Origin: an uncultured Methanosarcinaceae archaeon
GTDB taxonomy: Archaea > Halobacteriota > Methanosarcinia > Methanosarcinales > Methanosarcinaceae
Assembly (NCBI GenBank): GCA_963727895.1
Contig: CAVSHT010000011.1
Coordinates: forward strand, 1-64,000
DNA length: 64,000 bases
Direction: 5' to 3'
Position 1 is the stretch's first letter. The number at the start of each line of letters is the position of its first letter. Position numbers and translations under genes: made by a program. The notes under the pieces are model-generated. The model was not told where the DNA came from. It did no database searches and was given only the letters and a program-made list of their open reading frames with translations. Of the stretch, positions 36,911 to 47,581 are shown piece after piece.

Positions 36911-37411
36911 ATGGAAGCAAAACTTGAACAGCGCTTAACTGAGCTCATAGCAGAGTACGAATCAGGACAAAAAATCCTCAAAGACATTGAGTTAAAGCTT
37001 GTTGAACTTGAAGACCGGAAAAAAAACCTGAAAGAAACCATCCTTCGCATTAGCGGAGCAATTGACCTGTTAGAAGAAATGCTGGAAGGAAAAAAGGATG
37101 CAAAGGAGCCAGAACTCGGAACAAGGAACAGAATTACTATAGAAATAATAGATGTGCCTAATGTTATAAAACAGCCCCTTAAAAAAGCTATTAAAATTCT
37201 AGAAGAAGCAGGGTTTACAGCAGGAGAGATCGTTGAGCAAAAAACGGTTTTACCTATAGGAGTTATGGCCGGAGATATTATCAGGCAGGACCCAAAACCA
37301 GGCACTAGTTCCCAAGTTGGATCAGCCGTAAAGCTCGTAGTTGCGGTAAAAGGCAAGTTTTTGCCAACTGATAAAAACTCGTTGTGTGACTCATTTTCAG
37401 ACAACATCTGA
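36911..37411 (+). CDS. Coiled-coil plus PASTA-like domain protein
   Basis: Heptad-rich N-terminus; C-terminal VPNVI..A.KILEEAGF..G.IIRQDPKPGT....GSAVKLVVA matches the PASTA pattern; no signal peptide. Confidence 0.75.
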   Translation: MEAKLEQRLTELIAEYESGQKILKDIELKLVELEDRKKNLKETILRISGAIDLLEEMLEGKKDAKEPELGTRNRITIEIIDVPNVIKQPLKKAIKILEEAGFTAGEIVEQKTVLPIGVMAGDIIRQDPKPGTSSQVGSAVKLVVAVKGKFLPTDKNSLCDSFSDNI

Positions 37412-38588
37412 ACAATATAAAGAAGGGATTAAAACGGAGTATCATTCTTCCATAATAAAAAGTTCTCTGAATGAACTTCAGGAACACTGTAGGGCAGCAA
37501 TTTCAGCCTTTACCGCACTTGAGCATTCTGAGAATCAGATATCTCAAAAACTTTGTCTGAGAAAATTTCTCAATGAGTGTCAGGAAACTTCAGTGGTCTT
37601 ATGGCACAATAATGATAGAAAACTAGGAAAACATCTCAGATCCATACTCTCAATTTCTGGAAATTCTCCTCTATCCCCAGCAGCTTTTTCAGAACTGAAA
37701 TCAGCAATAGGTAAACCAGAAGAAAGTGCTGATCCAGTAGAATTGGAAGCTTTCTCATATAATATAAAAACAAAATCACTTACTATTCGTGGGAAAAATT
37801 ATGAAATTCTGCCTATTTTCCTGGCCGTAAGAGACCTTTACGCTTCGCTGCCGTTCTTCGAAGAATTTCAGGCATGCACCGAACGGCTTGAAAAGGGTCA
37901 TCAGGATTCCACAGCACTCTTTCAGAAAGCTGTGCTTATGTATAAGTCCAGAAGATTTGAAACTGCTCTGCAAATTACTGCACAAGTTCTGAAAATTATT
38001 CCTGATGACTACAGAGTCTGGTACAACAGAGGTGTTATTCTATCTGAATTAGGCCGACTTGAAGAAGCAATTGAAGCTTATAACAGAACAATTGAACTTG
38101 AACCAGCTTTTGAAGTCGTATGGGACAATAAAGGAGTTGTTCTTGCCAAACTTGGCAGATTTGAAGAAGCTTTTGATACTTATAATAAAATCCTTTTAAG
38201 ATATCCAGAATATGCTGAAGCGTGGGCTGGAAAAGGCTCCATACTTTCGATCCTTGACAGAAAAGAAGAAGCTCTTGAAGCATATAATTCCGCCCTCCGA
38301 ATCAGACCCGATTATTATGAAGCCCTTAAAGCGACCGGAAACCTGCTTTCAGGACTTAGCAGATTCAAAGAATCCCTGAAGGTTTACGATAAAACGCTTC
38401 AGCTAGCTCCAACAGATCCTCTCCTCTGGACAGCACAGAGTTTTGTCCTTTCGGAAATTGGTAAACAGGAGGAAGCACTGCAAAATTGTAATCGAGCTCT
38501 TGAATTGAAACCTGGATTTGTTCCTGCACTTGAAACCAAGATGAAAATCCTTTCAGAAATCCGCAGACAGAAAACTAGAAACTCCTAA
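37386..38588 (+). CDS. TPR-repeat protein with an uncharacterised N-terminal domain
   Basis: Repeated W.N(R/K)G..L..LGR.EEA...Y...L...P units; overlaps the upstream gene. Confidence 0.85.
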   Translation: MTHFQTTSEQYKEGIKTEYHSSIIKSSLNELQEHCRAAISAFTALEHSENQISQKLCLRKFLNECQETSVVLWHNNDRKLGKHLRSILSISGNSPLSPAAFSELKSAIGKPEESADPVELEAFSYNIKTKSLTIRGKNYEILPIFLAVRDLYASLPFFEEFQACTERLEKGHQDSTALFQKAVLMYKSRRFETALQITAQVLKIIPDDYRVWYNRGVILSELGRLEEAIEAYNRTIELEPAFEVVWDNKGVVLAKLGRFEEAFDTYNKILLRYPEYAEAWAGKGSILSILDRKEEALEAYNSALRIRPDYYEALKATGNLLSGLSRFKESLKVYDKTLQLAPTDPLLWTAQSFVLSEIGKQEEALQNCNRALELKPGFVPALETKMKILSEIRRQKTRNS

Positions 38589-38634
38589 TAATTTTTTAAT
38601 TATTTTTGTGTATAACATTTTCTATATAACATTT

Positions 38635-38680
38635 TTGAGCTTAGGTATTTTCCTATCTTGAGCTTAGGTATTTTCCTATC
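38635..38680. repeat. Perfect 23-bp tandem duplication
   Basis: TTGAGCTTAGGTATTTTCCTATC x2. Confidence 0.9.
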
Positions 38681-38897
38681 CGTATTTGGATTAAAAAATA
38701 GAACTATATTTTAATTACAAAGCAGTTTTTATATTCGATAAAATTCGAATTGAAAAAATATATCTCATTGAAAACAAAAAGTGTAAAATACCAGTTTTAG
38801 CTCTGGTTCCATGCTTTATATTTAAAAATGGCCAAGTGTGGCAAAAACCCTGAAGGGGTCCAGAATGAGCTTTCACTGGAAAAGCGAGGATTCCGAT

Positions 38898-39473
38898 ATG
38901 ACAGAAGAAAATACGAGTGAGAAAATAAGTAAGGTGAAGCAAAAGAAGTCAGAAACAGTAGAAAGGTCCATAGAACCAGAGGATGCCAGGAAGCTCCTTA
39001 AGAAGGCTGGAGAGACTGATAACTACGAAGAAAAGCAAAAACTGTATGATAAAGCCTTAACTTTGGACCCTTTACATCTTGATGCATGGATCCAGAAAGG
39101 TTTCGCCCTAGGCAGGATGGGAAAATCGAGAGAAGCTCTTGACTGTTATGAAAAAGCTCTTGAAATAGATCCCGAAAACCTGGGGGTCAAATGCCTAAAA
39201 GGTTTTGCTTTCAATAACTTGAAGGAGTTTGAAAAGTCGATAGAATCTTATGATGAAGTTCTAAAAGTAAAACCAGATGATGTATTTTCATTATATCAGA
39301 AAGGCTCAGTTCTGGAAAGTCTAGGTAGATATGGAGAAGCTATGAAGTGTTACGAGAAAGCACTTGAAATTGATCCGACTGACGCTCTTATTAGAGAGAA
39401 GCAATTAAGACTTCTTGGAGTTATTTATAAAAAAGGAACTTTAACAGACTCTCCAGACAGTAGTTTCAATTGA
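38898..39473 (+). CDS. TPR-repeat protein
   Basis: AWIQKG..EALDCYEKALEIDP-type repeats; GAGGA RBS before MTEEN. Confidence 0.85.
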   Translation: MTEENTSEKISKVKQKKSETVERSIEPEDARKLLKKAGETDNYEEKQKLYDKALTLDPLHLDAWIQKGFALGRMGKSREALDCYEKALEIDPENLGVKCLKGFAFNNLKEFEKSIESYDEVLKVKPDDVFSLYQKGSVLESLGRYGEAMKCYEKALEIDPTDALIREKQLRLLGVIYKKGTLTDSPDSSFN

Positions 39474-39656
39474 ATCAGAAATTTTAGAGATATTAACAAA
39501 ATTCTAATTAGATAAAATTTGTAACAAAGATAACGAAACAATTAAAGAAACAATAAGAGTTATCAAAAATGTAAATTGTAGTAAAACATCAAAAATGAAA
39601 TGTTCTCGAAAAATAAGAATAGTCTGATAAGAAAGTGTAAAGCCGGAAACCGGCCT

Positions 39657-40445
39657 TTACTTTTTGTTCTTGTTAGCTTCCTCTTCTATTCTGATCTCTT
39701 CAACGATTTCCATCAATTTTTCCTTAATTTTTACAATGGAATCCACAGCTTCGCCGCCTACTTCAATCGGAGCTTTTTTCTCCAGGTCAGCCTGCATTAG
39801 TTTAGTGTCAAATGGAATTTCTCCAAGAACCTGGATACCAAGCTCTTCAAGCCTATCATTGACTTTTCCAGAGCCTCCTTTATTAATTACGGCAGCAAGA
39901 TGTTTTATCCCTATTTCAGAAGACAGCTTTTTTATTCTCTCAGCCGTTTCGAGCGATCTCGCCCCTGGCTCAACTACCACTATCATGAGGTCCATTCCTC
40001 GTGTGGTACCCCTTCCGAGATGTTCAATTCCTGCTTCCATATCAAGGATCACTGCACTTTTGTCCTTAAGCATAAGGTGCCTGATAAGCGCTCGCAGAAA
40101 AGCTGAAGCAGGACACATGCACCCACTTCCACCACGGTCTACGGTACCCATGACAAGCATTCTTACTCCGTCAGGCCCTATAACTCCGTATTTACTCGCA
40201 ATATCATCGACTTTAGGGTTGTAAATGAAAGCTCCACCTTCGGCACCTGCTCTTTCCTGTATCAGATCTTTAAAATCTGTCAGGGGCTTTGGGGGATTTT
40301 CTACTCCAAGTGAAGATGCCAGATTCATATCTGGATCTGCATCTATTGCCAGTACTTCGTATCCGTCCCTTGCAAGTAATCTGGCCAGAGTGCCTGAGAG
40401 AGTTGTTTTTCCAACGCCGCCTTTTCCGGTAATTGCTATTTTTAT
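39657..40445 (-). CDS. cooC: CooC/AcsF-type nickel-insertion ATPase
   Basis: Frame extends upstream of the listed ORF to (I)KIAITGKGGVGKTT..DADPDMNL; GGSGCMCP, DMEAGIEHLGRGT; apparent ATA start after an AGGGGG RBS. Confidence 0.88.
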   Translation of the reverse strand: MKIAITGKGGVGKTTLSGTLARLLARDGYEVLAIDADPDMNLASSLGVENPPKPLTDFKDLIQERAGAEGGAFIYNPKVDDIASKYGVIGPDGVRMLVMGTVDRGGSGCMCPASAFLRALIRHLMLKDKSAVILDMEAGIEHLGRGTTRGMDLMIVVVEPGARSLETAERIKKLSSEIGIKHLAAVINKGGSGKVNDRLEELGIQVLGEIPFDTKLMQADLEKKAPIEVGGEAVDSIVKIKEKLMEIVEEIRIEEEANKNKK

Positions 40446-41004
40446 GAGGATTCCCCCTGAACATTGATTCAGATTAATTATACTGATTTATAAGCAGGGA
40501 TATAACCATCAAGCTGTTTATAGTTATTCATTTATCTCTGCCTTCATCTAATTATTTCTTGGATAATATTTTTTAAAATATTTTGTTTTATGAAAATTGT
40601 ATTTATTCACTCATATGTTATCTCTGCCAATTTCTTTATCTAATAAAATAATAAATAGAAAGCACTCTTTTTAAAATTGTACACGTTCTTTTTCATATAT
40701 TTGAATCTCAGTTGGGACATTAAATCCTATGTATTATTCTTTCTGTGTAAACAGTCAAACAATGCAGGTTTAAAAAGAAATTTCAAACCCAACATAATAT
40801 AAGAATAGAATAATTTTTTTAGTTTTCACATAAATTTTATAAAGAATCAATAATAAGTAGATTAAGAAGTTCAATCTTACTCTCCAGATAGCCTAAACTC
40901 TACAACATATGCCTTAAGAGACATGGTCGTGTTAACTTTGCGCATATTTGAGTATTGGCTTACATGACCCTGCATCCTAGGAAAAATAGCTAGGAGTAAT
41001 ATAA

Positions 41005-42969
41005 ATGATGTTAAAGAGAATAAAAATTGGGCATTGTTACTTAAATATATCTCATTGTTACTTAAATATATCTAGTTCTTTATTTCTGTATTTCATCAAT
41101 AGAATAACCGAGTACTTTAGCATTTCAAGACTCTTCGTATAACACTTTGTTTTTCTTCTCAACCTTGCCAGAAAGTGCCTCAATATGCTGTTATATCTCC
41201 TTCAACAGTATACGTTTCTGCTTTTGATTGAGTATGACTCTTTTCTGGAAGAAACTCTGCATATGCTCTCCAGTGATCTGTCATCACTTCTCCAATCTCT
41301 TTTTTCTTCAATTTTTCCCAGAGTAGTTTTCCAGTTTCCGTTCCTCTGCTGCCAAAAGAGCAGTTGATGAACTTTTTCCCAACTCTATCAACAGCAATCC
41401 AGATCCAGCAATATTTTTTTTGTTACCGATGTAAGTGTGCATCTCATCCATTTCAACAATAGATATCTCATTTTCACTTTTTAGGTTCTCTAACTCTTGA
41501 CCAAATTTCTTGATCCATCTTTGGACAGAAACATGACTCACCCCTAAAACTCTTCCTATTTAGCGAAAGCCCAATCCTTCAAGGTAAAGTTGTAAAGCCT
41601 GTTTTTTAACAGAGGCGGAAAAAGCAGTTGATTTTAGCTCTACTGTATAGTTATAGCCACAATCATGGCATTTGTAGCGTTGACGCCCGCCAACTATACC
41701 ATTCTTTTTGTGACTGGAGCTATTGCATCTGGGGCAGTTCATGAAGAAATATACTTTCTAATAATATATAACTATGTTTAAGTATCAAAGCCCAAAATTG
41801 AAATAGAAATACTTGTTTTGATGATACTGTTTATTGGAGTAATATGTGTAGCCTCAGCATCTGCTGACAGTAATCAAGATACACAGTCAAAGGGTACGAT
41901 TTCTGAATTCAACGATTCAAATTCACAGAGTGACCTGTTACCCGATTTTAGTCCTCTGACTTTTCAGAATTTGAAAAATGATCCTAATGTTTTAGCTACA
42001 AAAGGGCAAATTCCACAGTATGCTACTCAAGCAGAAAGACAAAATTGGCTTGATAAACTTGATATAACATATAAATTAACAGGGGATGAGATGAGCCCAT
42101 ACGCGTACCCAAAAGGACCATTATTAGCGCACGGGTTTAACTTCGATGGATATATTGAAGTTGTGTTCTATAAAGGAATGAATGTCTCAGATTCTCAAAT
42201 TAATGAAATATATAACGTAATAAATAAAAAAGTAAATGAGGCATCTGTACAGGATGTTCTTGTTGTTTTCAAAAAAAGCGATTTTTTCCAAGATGCTATC
42301 GCAACTGAAGACGTAGGAACAGCTAATGAAACATCAAATTTGTCAGTATCTGAAGAAAAAAACGTTAAAATATTCAATAATTCAAGCACTAATAATTCTG
42401 ATAGTGCAGACAACATTCCACAACGTTTACCACTTACCTTTGGTCCGGAGACTCTTGATAAACTGAAAAGTGATCCAAATTTTATTGCTGCTTATGGAAG
42501 TATACCCTCTTTTTCAGCGTTGGAAGAAAGAAAACAGTGGCTTGATAAACTGAATAATGTATATCAAGGAGCTATATCGGAAATATCAAAATATGAGTAT
42601 CCAAATGGCCCTGTTACATCTTTTGGTTATACCATTGATGGTGTTATTCAGGTAGGGATTAATAGGAGTAGGACAGTTGATAAGCCTTTTATGGATGAAA
42701 TCTATCAGATTCTTGACTCAAACGCAAATAGGATGGAGATTAAGGAAATCCCTGTGGTTTTCGTGCATGAAGATAATCCTGTGCCAACAGTTAAAATTGA
42801 TCCAATCATTAAAACCGCGAATTCATCGGTATATGGAGAAAAAAACTCTGTAGAATTAAATAATAACTCAAGTGGAAATAAATCGAGCAAAAATAACTCT
42901 ATTCCAGATATTGGGGTATTGGGAAGCTTGATATGCCTGTGTAGTGGATGGAGACTCAGAAAAATGTAA
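41005..42969 (+). pseudogene. Secreted/anchored protein with an internally duplicated domain, interrupted by an IS in its signal peptide
   Basis: Removing the IS and one target copy joins ATG 41005 (AGGAG RBS) in frame to ORF 41818-42969: MMLKRIKIEIEILVLMILFIGVICVASASA; two homologous halves (L.NDPN..G.IP...ER..WLDKL..YP.GP..G...DG); PGF-CTERM-like tail. Confidence 0.8.
41030..41792 (-). mobile_element. IS1-family element, defective
   Basis: Imperfect TIRs GGCATTGTTACTTAAA / GGCTTTGATACTTAAA; TSD AAAAATTG/CAAAATTG; InsA-like CPRC..KNG..QRYKC..C; InsB-like EMDEMHTYIG; A8 frameshift site; internal TAA. Confidence 0.92.
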
Positions 42970-43129
42970 GAACAAGAGAGGAAAATTGTGTAGCCTTTAT
43001 AAAGCTAATTCAATAGTTACTAAAAGTTAAAAGAACACTTGATAAATGTTTAAGTGAATATTAAAAGAATTAAAAAATACATTTACCAAGTAAGAAATTA
43101 ATTATCTTTCTATTGAGTATAAAGTTCTT

Positions 43130-44596
43130 TTACCTAGCTACAAAATCAAACCCATTTTCTGCAGCGACCTGTTTAAAGTACTTTTCAATATGATTTCCTT
43201 CCTTTTTTGAAAAACCTGCGTCACGAGCTAGTTTATCAAGTACCTTTTGAACTCCTGTCCCATACTGAATTGCTTTCTTTTCTTTCCAGAGAAGTTCCGA
43301 TGAAAGCAAGTCTTCTGCAGCTTTTCTCAGAATGTATTTTCTTATATAGAGGTCATTTCTTTTAAGGACCTTAAGTTCAGGTCTGATTGCAAGCGCTGTT
43401 TTTATTACATTTTTATCCAGAAAAGGAACCCTGAGCTCTACGGAGTTAGCCATGGTAACCATGTCATCCCTTTCAAGATTTACCGTTGAGATCTTTTTAA
43501 GGTCTGAGTAGATCTCTCTATCAAGTACCTCTGGACCCTGCTCAAAAAAGCCTTCATGCCTGCTGTAACCGCCAAATAGTTCGTCTGCACCCTGCCCTGT
43601 AAGAAGGACTCTTTTCCCGTCTTCTTTTGCAGTTTTTGCAACAAAGTATAAAGGAAGCCCGATTGCAATTTTCGTTGGGTCCGTTGATTCAGTAGCATAA
43701 ATCACGCTCTGAACTGCAGCTTCAATCTCTTCAGGTGAAAGGAGATGAATCTTGAGAGAATCGCTCATTCCAGCAGTTTCAGCCGCATATTGTGCCTGGA
43801 TAAGATCATGAGAATCTGGAAGTCCAACTGAATAAAGGGAAATCGAATCGTCAATATTTTTTGCAAGGGCAGCTAAAAATGTACTGTCAATGCCTCCTGA
43901 AAATGCAATTCCTGAATTTTTTGTAAGCCTTATTTTTACAGCTTTTTCAAGAGCCGCCTTCAGGCAGGAAGCTGCTTCGTATTCTTCCGAGATCATTTTT
44001 TCAGGAAACTCAATTTTAAGGGATTTTTCTTCAAGCTTCCCGTTTTGAGTTTTGAAATTTATTATGCTACCAGGTGGGAAAGGCTTGATATCAGTATCCA
44101 GACTGGAAAAAGCTTTTTTTTCCGAAGCAAAATTAATTTTTGGTTTTCCAGCATCCATTTTGAGAGAATAAAAAAGAGGTTTAACTCCTACAGAGTCTCT
44201 GGCTAATACAAGTTCATCATCTAATATATAGGCTAAAGCGTAATCTCCGTTTACTCTGGAAAGAGTAGAAAAGACCGCATTTAGAAGGTTTTCTCCTTCC
44301 TTTATTTTCGTTTCTATGAGGTTAAAAAGTACTTCAGTATCGGAATCGGTCTTTATTTCCTGTTCGGTAGCAAGTTCCCTGAAATTGAAGATTTCTCCAT
44401 TGAATACAAAAGCCCCTTCTCCAATTAGAGGCTGAGACATGTTGCCTGTGATTTTAAGTAAAGTGTTTCCTATACTAAGTCCTTCAGCCTGATAGGTTCC
44501 GCAAGCATCAGGTCCTCTGTGCTCGAGAGTTTCCAGCATTCTTTGTACTTTTTCGTTTGTATCAGGAGTTCCTGCTGCTCCTGCTATTCCGCACAT
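43130..44596 (-). CDS. asnB: Asparagine synthetase B-like amidotransferase
   Basis: MCGIAG, HRGPD, FNGEIFN, RDSVGVKPLFY, FSGGIDS, GQGADELFGGY, RVPFLD. Confidence 0.9.
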   Translation of the reverse strand: MCGIAGAAGTPDTNEKVQRMLETLEHRGPDACGTYQAEGLSIGNTLLKITGNMSQPLIGEGAFVFNGEIFNFRELATEQEIKTDSDTEVLFNLIETKIKEGENLLNAVFSTLSRVNGDYALAYILDDELVLARDSVGVKPLFYSLKMDAGKPKINFASEKKAFSSLDTDIKPFPPGSIINFKTQNGKLEEKSLKIEFPEKMISEEYEAASCLKAALEKAVKIRLTKNSGIAFSGGIDSTFLAALAKNIDDSISLYSVGLPDSHDLIQAQYAAETAGMSDSLKIHLLSPEEIEAAVQSVIYATESTDPTKIAIGLPLYFVAKTAKEDGKRVLLTGQGADELFGGYSRHEGFFEQGPEVLDREIYSDLKKISTVNLERDDMVTMANSVELRVPFLDKNVIKTALAIRPELKVLKRNDLYIRKYILRKAAEDLLSSELLWKEKKAIQYGTGVQKVLDKLARDAGFSKKEGNHIEKYFKQVAAENGFDFVAR

Positions 44597-45160
44597 GTTT
44601 GCTCCTTTTTCTTTATTCGGTGTATACACGCACTCTATCTCTATATATTATTTTTCCAATTAAAAAGAAAATACTAAATCTGGAACAGTAAAGACTGTAA
44701 ATTTATGAATATTAAAAAGTATAAACTTAAGAATATACTTGGGATTACTGATTCGAAAGTTGTGAAAATTAATTATTTAAAACTCGCCAGAATTACGAAT
44801 TCTAAAAGAAAAAACCATTTTTGTCAAATTTGGGTTCTGGCTTTTGTCATTCCTTCATCTGGAGATTTTTCCATTACTATTTCTATTGCATATAATGGAT
44901 CTCCTTTCAGGGCAGCAGATTTATTGCACTTTTTTCGTCTCCTATCCAGACTGAGTTTGCGCAGTAAATACAACAGCAACGAGTTAGATATAGTTTATTT
45001 TTAGGTTTATAGTCGCTGCAACAGTTACTTCCTCGGAGAACTCCGTGTCTGCAGAGAACAAGTTGCCTTGTAAGATGCAACTCATATTCAAGGCTTTTCT
45101 GGCTATAGCTCTGGCTGTTCGGCTCATTAAAATCCAGAATTTCACCCCATAATATAATTG

Positions 45161-45903
45161 GGCATTGGTAATTAAAAATAGATATATATGCTTATAACAT
45201 ATATTTCTTCATGAACTGCCCCCAGATGCAATAGTTCTAATTACAAAAAGAATGGTATAGTTGGCGGGCGTCAACGGTACAAATGCTCTGATTGTGGCTA
45301 TAACTATATAGTAGAGCTAAAATCAACTGCTTTTTCCGTCTCTGTTAAAAAACAGGCTTTACAACTTTACCTTGAAGGATTGGGCTTTCGCTAAATAGGA
45401 AGAGTTTTAGGGGTGAGTCATGTTTCTGTCCAAAAATGGATACAGAAATTTGGTCAGGAGTTAGAGGACCTAAAAAGCGAAAATGAGATATCTATTGTTG
45501 AAATGGATGAGATGCACACTTACATCGGTAACAAAAAAAATATTGCTGGATCTGGATTGCTGTTGATAGAGTTGGGAAAAAGTTTATCAACTGCTCTTTT
45601 GATAGCAGAGGAACGGAAACTGGAAAACTACTCTGGGAAAAATTGAAGAAAAAAGAGATTGGAGAAGTGATGACAGATCACTGGAGAGCATATGCAGAGT
45701 TTCTTCCAGAAAAGAGTCATACTCAATCAAAAGCAGAAACGTATACTGTTGAAGGAGATATAACAGCATATTGAGGCACTTTCTGGCAAGGTTGAGAAGA
45801 AAAACAAAGTGTTATACGAAGAGTCTTGAAATGCTAAAGTACTCGGTTATTCTATTGATGAAATAAAGAAATAAAGAACTAGATATATTTAAGTAACAAT
45901 GCC
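45161..45903 (+). mobile_element. IS1-family element, defective (second copy)
   Basis: GGCATTG...CAATGCC termini; perfect 8-bp TSD TATAATTG; near-identical body to the 41030 copy; extra frameshift near the start and additional stop. Confidence 0.93.
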
Positions 45904-46161
45904 TATAATTGCATTATATACTATTAAAATTTTCTAAATTTACATTTTAATAACAAAAACATATTTCTGAATATAACAATTCAGGACCAGAATAAACGAG
46001 GAGAAAAAGATCCAGAGATGACTTAAAAAAGACTAGATAATAATATCTGGATTGCTACAGGAGAATGTAAACTAAAGACTACAGAATAATGTAAACTAAA
46101 TAACCTGAGAAAACCGAAAAAAGAGAAATAGGAAAGTCTGAAAATTTATCTATTCTTGTTT

Positions 46162-46317
46162 TTACTCCGGTTTTTCATCTGTCATATAGCACCCGAAATA
46201 AGTATTTTGTTCTACTTTTTTCAGAATATTATTAATGTTTTCAAGCGAGATTTCTATGTTTTCCATTCTCTTTTCTATATTCTCAATTTTAGCAAGAATT
46301 TCTTGTTCAGTTGTCAA
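46162..46317 (-). CDS. Small (51 aa) coiled-coil protein, below the ORF-track cutoff
   Basis: GGAGATG RBS, TTG start, MTTEQEILAKIENIEKRMENIEISLENINNILKKVEQNTYFGCYMTDEKPE. Confidence 0.65.
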   Translation of the reverse strand: MTTEQEILAKIENIEKRMENIEISLENINNILKKVEQNTYFGCYMTDEKPE

Positions 46318-46531
46318 ACTTTCATCTCCATATAGAGATAATAGTGGTTAATAAACAGTTCATAAAGCAGTGAAAATGTATTGCTTTATATATTATTCAC
46401 AATTCATATAGACATCGGAAGACACATAAAGCTTAAACAGAAAGCAGCCAGGACTCAAATATAATATCGGAAGTGGAAATGAATAAATAATGATATTAAT
46501 AAAAAATAAAATAAAGTTATAAAACAAGTAA

Positions 46532-46810
46532 TTACTTATTTTCCCAAAATTCTTTGGCTTCTTCTTCCATTTCTTCCAGCCTGTCATAATAATCCGGGAA
46601 CTCGTTCAGATGAGCCAGGGTAATTTTTCCTGTCATAATAGGATCGTCATTAGTAACGTTTGTCAAAGGGTCCTGAGTCCCATGTTCTAACTCTACATCC
46701 ATACCTCTGCGAAACTGGTCAACATCGAATTTACCCCATTTTATCCCAAGCTGTTCTCCAACTGCTTTTGCCTCTTCAGCTGTAAATTGCTTTTTTTCCA
46801 AAATACTCAC
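46532..46810 (-). CDS. Small acidic conserved protein (DUF5661-like)
   Basis: QFRRGMDVELEHG..AHLNEFPDYYDRL motif. Confidence 0.75.
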   Translation of the reverse strand: MSILEKKQFTAEEAKAVGEQLGIKWGKFDVDQFRRGMDVELEHGTQDPLTNVTNDDPIMTGKITLAHLNEFPDYYDRLEEMEEEAKEFWENK

Positions 46811-46974
46811 TCCAACTAATTATTTAATCTATAACAATTATATTGTTAATATATATGTACTTAAGATTTTCCTTTAAAACCAGGCTATATATTATTGGCT
46901 ATGCACAGAGGGGCATCAGATTCAGAGCAAAATGTTTTGATTAATAGAGATCTATGCATAAAAAAGAGTCAGAT

Positions 46975-47448
46975 ATGTCAAATAAAGATCAGTTATTTAT
47001 GAGAAGAGCAATCGAGCTTTCCTTTGAGAATGTAAAAAACGGTGGAGGCCCTTTTGGGGCATTAATAGTCAGAAATAGGAAAATCCTTGCAGAGAGCTAT
47101 AATCTGGTAACTGTACTTAATGATCCTACAGCCCATGCCGAGATAAACGTAATAAGAGAAGCATCAAGGAAACTCAAAACCTTTGACCTCAGTGGATGTG
47201 TTATCTATTCTTCCTGTGAGCCCTGTCCAATGTGTCTTGGAGCTATCTATTGGGCCAGGATTGACAAAGTCTTTTTTGCCAACACGAAGTTCGATGCTCA
47301 AAAGATAGGCTTTGCAGATTGTCGAATTTATAAAGAGATTTCACTTCCACCTCAGGAAAGAAATATAGAATTCAAACAACTACTAAGAGAAGAAGCGCTA
47401 AAGGCTTTTAAAGAATGGGAAAAGTCAGAAAATAAGATTGAATACTGA
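46975..47448 (+). CDS. Zn-dependent nucleoside/guanine deaminase
   Basis: GGPFGA, DPTAHAE, SCEPCPMCLGAIYWA. Confidence 0.9.
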   Translation: MSNKDQLFMRRAIELSFENVKNGGGPFGALIVRNRKILAESYNLVTVLNDPTAHAEINVIREASRKLKTFDLSGCVIYSSCEPCPMCLGAIYWARIDKVFFANTKFDAQKIGFADCRIYKEISLPPQERNIEFKQLLREEALKAFKEWEKSENKIEY

Positions 47449-47581
47449 GAATAATCAAAAAATACGCATAAACGAAGACAGAGCCAGATTTATCGCAATT
47501 AAAAACTTTATATCTAAATTAAGATTTCTTTTTCTCTGAAATACTGGATAACTATTTACCTGCTATGATCCTATTTTTCTC

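Noticed and set aside
36712..37407. 231-aa minus-strand ORF and other long antisense ORFs (e.g. 28786-29364, 39664-40224)
   Set aside because: They are shadows of well-supported genes on the opposite strand
44705..45150. Possible gene remnant between asnB and the second IS
   Set aside because: Short broken frames on both strands with no family I can recognise
41030..45903. Composite transposon carrying asnB between inverted IS1 copies
   Set aside because: Each IS has its own target duplication, and the left one interrupts a gene that is continuous across it, so they are independent insertions
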